Below are positions 58,264-64,000 of a stretch of DNA of 64,000 bases, piece by piece (the first letter of the stretch is position 1; each line of letters starts with the position of its first letter). A model generated the notes under the pieces. It worked only from the letters and a program-made list of their open reading frames with translations. It was not told the origin of the DNA and did not search any database. The DNA lies in assembly GCA_003649205.1 (NCBI GenBank), contig QMRC01000006.1, positions 39,757 to 103,756 of the forward strand, read 5' to 3'. The stretch comes from Thermoprotei archaeon (lineage in GTDB: Archaea > Thermoproteota > Thermoprotei > Thermoproteales > B15-G16). The translations under genes and the position numbers were made by a program.

Positions 58264-60053
58264 GGTAGTTCTCTTCTTGGCTTTCCACATTCATCTAATT
58301 CAAATTCCCTGTAGTATGTTTTCAAGAGTACCTGATACTCATCCCTCCTAAGCACTCTACCTCTAAATGGTTCTTTACTAACCTCTTCTTCAAATACTCT
58401 AGGTGGTGGGTAGTCGAATTCAGGACTCCATTCAGGTACCTCTCTCAAGAAGTATCTTCTCAACATTACCTCTACTCTAATTCCTGTAGCAAGTAGATCA
58501 TTACTTGGGATCTCTAGTCCCGTTACGTACTTCAGTACTTCACTATACTCATCTAGACCTAGCTTGAGTAGAGCAGGTACTAGCGGACATGATGATAGGC
58601 ATTTAAGCACATTTACTGTAGTTCTAGCACTGACTACATCACTTACCGTTATTTCATGAAATCTTTTCTGTAGTAGTAGGTAGAGTGCCTCTCTGTAGTC
58701 AGGGTACGTGGATGATGTCGATAGTAGGAGTGCTATCTCTGGTACTATCCTCATCTCCAGTGCAGGTAATTCCATACCCTTCACCGTCATGGCTATGGAC
58801 TTAGCGTAATCACCGAGTTTCTGAGCTGCATAATCAACTCCATGTGCTAGATACTCACCAATGTCTCTTCTCTCACAGATGAGTTCAAGTAGCTTAGCTA
58901 CTGCATCTGCTCTACCGAACTTAATAGCTATACCTCCTGTATGTACTCTCCTTATGATACCATACTCATAGCACATCATCGTGAAGCCGGCAACATTACC
59001 TAGAGTCATGATGTCGATACCGTAATCACTACAGAGCTTAGCTATGTACAGTACATCACCTAGCCTATCAATACCGCAGTTGAAGCCAAGTGCTAGTACA
59101 TGTGCTAGATCTAGGTACGACCAAGTACCTACGTACTTATCCTCCCTAACGGTGCACAAGCTAAAGCACGAGAGTGGACACAGTGGACAAGCTACTGAGT
59201 ACACCTTGTAGAACTTCTCAATGTGTTCTGGAGAGAGCTCTCCTAGGTCATCTACATAGACATCACGGAAGTACTCACTAGGTATTAGTGAGTGCTTCCA
59301 CAGTAGCTCCAGTAACTTCACTGAACCCGCTCTAATCCACTCACTAAGCTCTGGAGTAGCTTTCACATACTCGAGATACCTTGAAATTACCTTCTCAAGA
59401 GCGCTTACATTAGCGATAGGTAGTTCCTTCACGCCATCAATGACTATGGCCTTCAAGTTCTTTGAACCCATAACAGCTCCTATGTCAGGTCCCTGCACTG
59501 GTCCTAACTTCGTGACGACTGTAGCTCCATGAACTAGCTTTGTACCTGCTACACCAATGGTAATAGCGGCTTCTGTACCAAAGTCATGGATTAACTTCAG
59601 TAAGGCTGATCGCGCACCTAGATTCCAGAGATCGGTTGCATCCTCAAAAAATACACCATCCTCCCTGATGTAGAGAGTACATGGCTTCTCACATCTACCA
59701 CGTACTACCACAATGTCGTAACCACACTGCTTCAAAGCTGTACCTATGGGTGATGGTACATCAGCATCTACGTACGTATCAGTAGAAAAGGACTTTACTG
59801 CTATAACAGCGGTTCTAGTACCAAAGATTGGTATACCGGAGAGAGGGCTCGTCGCTATGACTATCAAGCTATTTGGTGCGAGAGCACTTACCTTAGGCTC
59901 TTGAAGTGAATAGAGGTAGTGGAGTGCCAGTCCTCTACCACCTAGGAAACTAGCTACTAGTCCCCGATCTAGTTCAAAGACCCTCCACTTCATCTCACTT
60001 AGATCAATAAAAAGACCACGACTCCACCAACCACCTCTCAACATGAGGTACAC
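58260..60053 (-). CDS. aor: Aldehyde:ferredoxin oxidoreductase family (W-containing)
   Basis: LGGRGL, GAVMGSKNLKAI, C..CP..C, GID, VKGMELP motifs. Confidence 0.85.
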   Translation of the reverse strand: MYLMLRGGWWSRGLFIDLSEMKWRVFELDRGLVASFLGGRGLALHYLYSLQEPKVSALAPNSLIVIATSPLSGIPIFGTRTAVIAVKSFSTDTYVDADVPSPIGTALKQCGYDIVVVRGRCEKPCTLYIREDGVFFEDATDLWNLGARSALLKLIHDFGTEAAITIGVAGTKLVHGATVVTKLGPVQGPDIGAVMGSKNLKAIVIDGVKELPIANVSALEKVISRYLEYVKATPELSEWIRAGSVKLLELLWKHSLIPSEYFRDVYVDDLGELSPEHIEKFYKVYSVACPLCPLSCFSLCTVREDKYVGTWSYLDLAHVLALGFNCGIDRLGDVLYIAKLCSDYGIDIMTLGNVAGFTMMCYEYGIIRRVHTGGIAIKFGRADAVAKLLELICERRDIGEYLAHGVDYAAQKLGDYAKSIAMTVKGMELPALEMRIVPEIALLLSTSSTYPDYREALYLLLQKRFHEITVSDVVSARTTVNVLKCLSSCPLVPALLKLGLDEYSEVLKYVTGLEIPSNDLLATGIRVEVMLRRYFLREVPEWSPEFDYPPPRVFEEEVSKEPFRGRVLRRDEYQVLLKTYYREFELDECGKPRRELP

Positions 60054-60458
60054 CTACGGTACGTACTCAATAGCGTGTACAGGACACCACTTAACACACT
60101 CAGGATCACCACCACAGAGATCACAGATAAGTGGGTAACCAGTAGTAGGATCTATGGAGATAGCACCGTAAGGACACGCTACAACACAGCTATAGCACCT
60201 ATCACACCGTGAAGTATCTACCTCAACAACATCACCGACGACACGCAATGCACCTCTAGAACATGCATTAACACAGTACTTAACTCTACAGAACCTACAG
60301 ATCCTTGCATTCACCTTAATGAAATCACCATTAGTAATCTGCTCAATTCGGATCCTAGACCTTTCAGTAGCAAATTCACCAAAGTGCTTGTATGTACAAG
60401 CCACTTGACAAAGTAGACAACCTATACACCTCGATTCAGCAATCGTTAAGTGAGGCAT
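60054..60458 (-). CDS. 4Fe-4S ferredoxin subunit associated with AOR
   Basis: Four Cys clusters; CDLCGGDPECVKWCP. Confidence 0.9.
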   Translation of the reverse strand: MPHLTIAESRCIGCLLCQVACTYKHFGEFATERSRIRIEQITNGDFIKVNARICRFCRVKYCVNACSRGALRVVGDVVEVDTSRCDRCYSCVVACPYGAISIDPTTGYPLICDLCGGDPECVKWCPVHAIEYVP

Positions 60459-60497
60459 AGTGACCTAAATCCCTATAGCTATAGGTACAATATGAAC

Positions 60498-62513
60498 TTA
60501 ACTGAGAGCACTCTCGAGAGATTCCACTATCACAACATCATCCAGGGTATGACGATTACGAGCTCTTTTACCACTTCTCAACCTCCGTACCCTAGACCAA
60601 GTCTTCACTTTCCAGTAGATAATACCAACAGCAACAGTAAGGAGTAGGAACATGCCAACAGCAATGACTAAACTCCTAAACGTCATGACAGGAATAACTA
60701 CCTGAAGCTCGGTACTGTGGCTGGGAACATTAACGAACTTAACGAACTTACCTGATATAACTCTCAACCTTACGCTCTCCACCTTAGGTATACTCAAAAA
60801 TACAGAACCTTCATCGCTAGTAGATACCCTCTCAATAACTTCACCATCCAGCAATACCTCAACTACAGCATCCTCAACAGGAGAACCAAAGAGGTCACGT
60901 AAGTAGATAACGATATTCTCCACAGGAACTACAAGCACAACATCTGTACTCGTTGTTAAGTTTGTAATGCAGTACTTCGTTAATACATGTCCTCTCCAAG
61001 TAAGTGATGCTACGTAGCTGTGATTAACCGGTAAGGGAATGACTGTACTTGAGGATAGAAGCTCCTTAACAGGCACCTTATAGACATAGCCTAAGTCCTT
61101 ACCCTCGATCATCAATTCCAATTCCCTACTCAAGCACAATCTACCAAGAACACCCACATTACGTAATCTCACCCTAAGCTGAACAACATCAAGCTTCACC
61201 TTTATGGATGTACTCGAAGTACCTATAGAGATTCTATCTCTATAAACTGTGTAGTTACCTAGCTTAATCACGAGTATGTAGCAGCCTGGTAGTACGTTGC
61301 TGAACATCACTAAACCACTACTAGCATTACTCGATAGCACTATGGATGGATCCATAGCATTCACTAGATAAACCGTAGCATCTCTCAGTGGATTCCCCTC
61401 GATATCCTCCAAATAGACCTCAAATGTCGTTGGTTTTAACTCCAAGACTAGGCGATCACCAGGTACACTGAGATTCACGTACTTAAGAACTTCAACACCA
61501 CCAACGAATAACGTTACATTAAACTCGTGTAGAGTAAATCCTCTATGAACAATCACTACGTCATTGAGAATGCTAATCCTTGTGCTAGGTTCAAACCCTA
61601 CATCTACGTACCTACCTGTAGTTTGCAGCTCAAGTACTAGGTCATCTATATTGAACCTAACAAAGGGTTTGCTGAGCCAGTACGAGTTAGGTAGAGGACC
61701 AGGAATAGTGGATCTACATGGCCTCATCCACGGTGGGCAAATACATAGGTATCTACTCTCCGTAAATACCTTAGCTACTGTGCTGTTTACGGGTACGTAC
61801 TTGAGTTCGATTAGCTTGTAGGACTTAATGGATAAGTACAGCACTATGGGGTTCTTGATGATTACATCTGAGAAAGCCCACAGTTTGTAGTATCTGAAGG
61901 CTACGTGTAGACCATTTACGTAGCTTCTCAATTCCTTAACCTTGGTAATGGCTATGTACTCACCACATATCTTCAGAGGGTCCTCTCTTGGAAGTACTAG
62001 CTCTATTACTGAGAAACCATATTTAGGTACTTTTACCTCAATTGGCCCCTTGATTTGTGATTTATTCACGATCTCAACTAGAAGCGGTATGGAGAATATT
62101 GGTAATGGTCTATACTTATCCACTCTGATGAAGATCGATGACCAAGGGATAATGACATCCTTAGTTATCCTCAACTTCACGAACTTCGGGGTATAGGCGA
62201 TACAGGAATTTGTACGAAGTAAGTTCACTGTGGTACCTACGAACCTTATTCCATAGCTACATTGCGGATCCAGATATATGCTCACTACAGCACTGCTATT
62301 CATAGCAGAGGTGTTTAGAGGTACCTTAACTACCTTGCCTGGATCAACTAGTAGTGTAAGATTGTAGTGAACCCCAGTATCGTACTCAATAACTACAAGT
62401 ATACCAACTAAGTGAAGCTCTGCTGTAAGAACTGTTATGGGTCCCACCAGTAGTGTTGCAAGTAGTAGTGTTAGCAGTAGTGATCTCAGTGGGTCGATAG
62501 CGTTGCTGTACAT
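60498..62513 (-). CDS. Surface protein with carboxypeptidase-regulatory-like beta domains and C-terminal TM
   Basis: Signal peptide; D..GNPL.DA.V repeats. Confidence 0.6.
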   Translation of the reverse strand: MYSNAIDPLRSLLLTLLLATLLVGPITVLTAELHLVGILVVIEYDTGVHYNLTLLVDPGKVVKVPLNTSAMNSSAVVSIYLDPQCSYGIRFVGTTVNLLRTNSCIAYTPKFVKLRITKDVIIPWSSIFIRVDKYRPLPIFSIPLLVEIVNKSQIKGPIEVKVPKYGFSVIELVLPREDPLKICGEYIAITKVKELRSYVNGLHVAFRYYKLWAFSDVIIKNPIVLYLSIKSYKLIELKYVPVNSTVAKVFTESRYLCICPPWMRPCRSTIPGPLPNSYWLSKPFVRFNIDDLVLELQTTGRYVDVGFEPSTRISILNDVVIVHRGFTLHEFNVTLFVGGVEVLKYVNLSVPGDRLVLELKPTTFEVYLEDIEGNPLRDATVYLVNAMDPSIVLSSNASSGLVMFSNVLPGCYILVIKLGNYTVYRDRISIGTSSTSIKVKLDVVQLRVRLRNVGVLGRLCLSRELELMIEGKDLGYVYKVPVKELLSSSTVIPLPVNHSYVASLTWRGHVLTKYCITNLTTSTDVVLVVPVENIVIYLRDLFGSPVEDAVVEVLLDGEVIERVSTSDEGSVFLSIPKVESVRLRVISGKFVKFVNVPSHSTELQVVIPVMTFRSLVIAVGMFLLLTVAVGIIYWKVKTWSRVRRLRSGKRARNRHTLDDVVIVESLESALS

Positions 62514-62599
62514 ACCTCACCAATGATGTGTTTTATTAGCGGATTAACATAGGTGAATCACTTAAGATAAAAGCATATATACACACGTACTAGTACTAC

Positions 62600-63472
62600 G
62601 TGAAGATTCTAAGAGAGGAGAGTTTAATGCTCGAGCTTGGTTATACAGTTCACGTACACTTTGGCACTAACTGGAATGAGATATTTGATTTAGCGAATGA
62701 AGTAGGTGCTTCACTCATTGAGATAGCTATGGATCACTTTGAGATACTGCAGCAACCAAATCTTCGCTACTTAGCGCACAGGATAAGGGATCTAGCTACG
62801 AAGTATGGATTAGAAGTTGGTGTCCAAAGTCCATGCATAGACGTTAATCCAGCATCATTGAATCCACATATTAGGGCAGCTTCAGAGAAGGTACTTCTGC
62901 AATCCCTCAAGTTTGCTGCAGATTCAGGGTCTAGATACTTCGTGCTTCATCTAGGTCACTATAACTCAAAGTACTACGGTAAGAGGTACTACACAAAGGC
63001 GATGTTAAATGCTATAAGTGTTGTGAGAAAAGTTGTTCGTGTTGCTGCTAGTTACGGAGTTGCTGTAACTATAATCAATGAACCTAAGACACAGGGTGAT
63101 AATGAGTACTTGTGTGTAGCTGTGAACGACGTGAAGAGAATAGCAACAGAATTACCAAATACCTACATAGCCCTGGACTTAGGTCATGCAAATACTGTTG
63201 AACCACCTTACGAGTACGTTAGCAAGCTACTGGATCTAATCGATAGGGTATACCTAGTGAAGGTTCACGATAATGATGGTACCAGCGATCAACATTTACC
63301 AATTGGTAGAGGGAAGATAGATCTAAGCAAGGTGCTCAGTTTGCTCACTGAGAAAGGTTTTACAGGACCTCTAGTTGTTGATAACTATACAATTCGTGAT
63401 ACCAAGGCATCACTGCTTAAGTTGAGTACAATAGTATCTCCCTATCTGAGGAAGCTGTCAACAATGCATTGA
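62600..63472 (+). CDS. Sugar phosphate isomerase/epimerase (AP endonuclease 2 TIM-barrel family)
   Basis: NPAS, VLHLG, LDLGHA, HDNDG..DQHLPIG.G.ID motifs. Confidence 0.88.
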   Translation: MKILREESLMLELGYTVHVHFGTNWNEIFDLANEVGASLIEIAMDHFEILQQPNLRYLAHRIRDLATKYGLEVGVQSPCIDVNPASLNPHIRAASEKVLLQSLKFAADSGSRYFVLHLGHYNSKYYGKRYYTKAMLNAISVVRKVVRVAASYGVAVTIINEPKTQGDNEYLCVAVNDVKRIATELPNTYIALDLGHANTVEPPYEYVSKLLDLIDRVYLVKVHDNDGTSDQHLPIGRGKIDLSKVLSLLTEKGFTGPLVVDNYTIRDTKASLLKLSTIVSPYLRKLSTMH

Positions 63473-63475
63473 TTA

Positions 63476-63892
63476 GTGAATTACCTTACCTCACTCCTGC
63501 ATTCCTTACCTTTATTAAAAGGAAGTAGTAACTTACTGATAGGTGAGTACATGATCTCTGTACTACTACCACTAACCCTAATCGTAGTTGTCATAGCGTT
63601 TATAACAGGTCTCTATGCTTGCTTTACCACTCCAGCTGACATAATGGTTCTCTGGAGGGAGAACACAATCTTCTTCATAGTAACCTTCTCTTCACTCTTC
63701 ATCTCACTCATACTATCCGTCATAGGTTTCAGAGCCGCTAGATTTATGAGGGAGTACATAGTGTACGGTAATGAGATAGAGACGGTTAAGTACTTAGTCT
63801 ACGAAATCCTATTTCTCCTAGCATTAGTCCTCTCGCTCATAACTCTAATGCTGCATATACTACATGTACTAAACCTAATTGGGCCTATGTAG
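63476..63892 (+). CDS. Three-TM membrane protein
   Basis: Hydrophobic helices; likely start ATG ~63551. Confidence 0.55.
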   Translation: MNYLTSLLHSLPLLKGSSNLLIGEYMISVLLPLTLIVVVIAFITGLYACFTTPADIMVLWRENTIFFIVTFSSLFISLILSVIGFRAARFMREYIVYGNEIETVKYLVYEILFLLALVLSLITLMLHILHVLNLIGPM

Positions 63893-63903
63893 TTTAGGGT
63901 AGT

Positions 63904-64000
63904 TTAGGTTTGGGTCTCTAGTAGTGCTCTTAATCTTGCTATCTCACGTTCCTTCTCTTCAAGTGCTCTCTTGAGTTCTTCATTCTCGTGCTCTAGTCTA
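63904..64000 (-). CDS. 3' end of a coiled-coil protein (partial)
   Basis: RLEHENEELKRALEEKEREIARLRALLETQT-stop. Confidence 0.55.
   Translation of the reverse strand, partial: RLEHENEELKRALEEKEREIARLRALLETQT

Overview
Chromosomal segment of a hyperthermophilic archaeon. Gene content and promoter/RBS style suggest Thermoproteota (Thermoprotei); this is an inference. The host backbone carries Mo/W-cofactor genes (moaA start, two moeA, mobB), glycosylation genes, PGI/PMI, an RsmB-family methyltransferase, Lon-like and presenilin-like proteases, pncB, a DUF1998 helicase, mtnA, cdc48 and AOR, plus six host C/D-box guide sRNAs read directly from the sequence. The main feature is an apparently complete 10.8-kb provirus (7652-18455) resembling spindle-shaped viruses. 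It is bounded by a 17-bp direct repeat that is both the 3' end (D guide plus D box) of a 16S-targeting C/D-box sRNA and the 3' end of a convergent CDS. The provirus encodes a Zn-ribbon tyrosine integrase, an SSV1-B251-like ATPase, a tandem-duplicated VP1-like capsid protein, a TGT/DpdA-like base-exchange enzyme and its own C/D-box-like RNA antisense to tRNA D-loops. I found no GATC site in it, and it sits next to a minimal ArcS(DUF5591)/RaSEA-like archaeosine gene pair. A second accessory island (about 45.4-49.8 kb) holds an ATPase plus small-partner pair and a free-standing LAGLIDADG endonuclease inside a long structured region with alternative pairings. All family assignments come from motif recognition by eye; no database searches were run.
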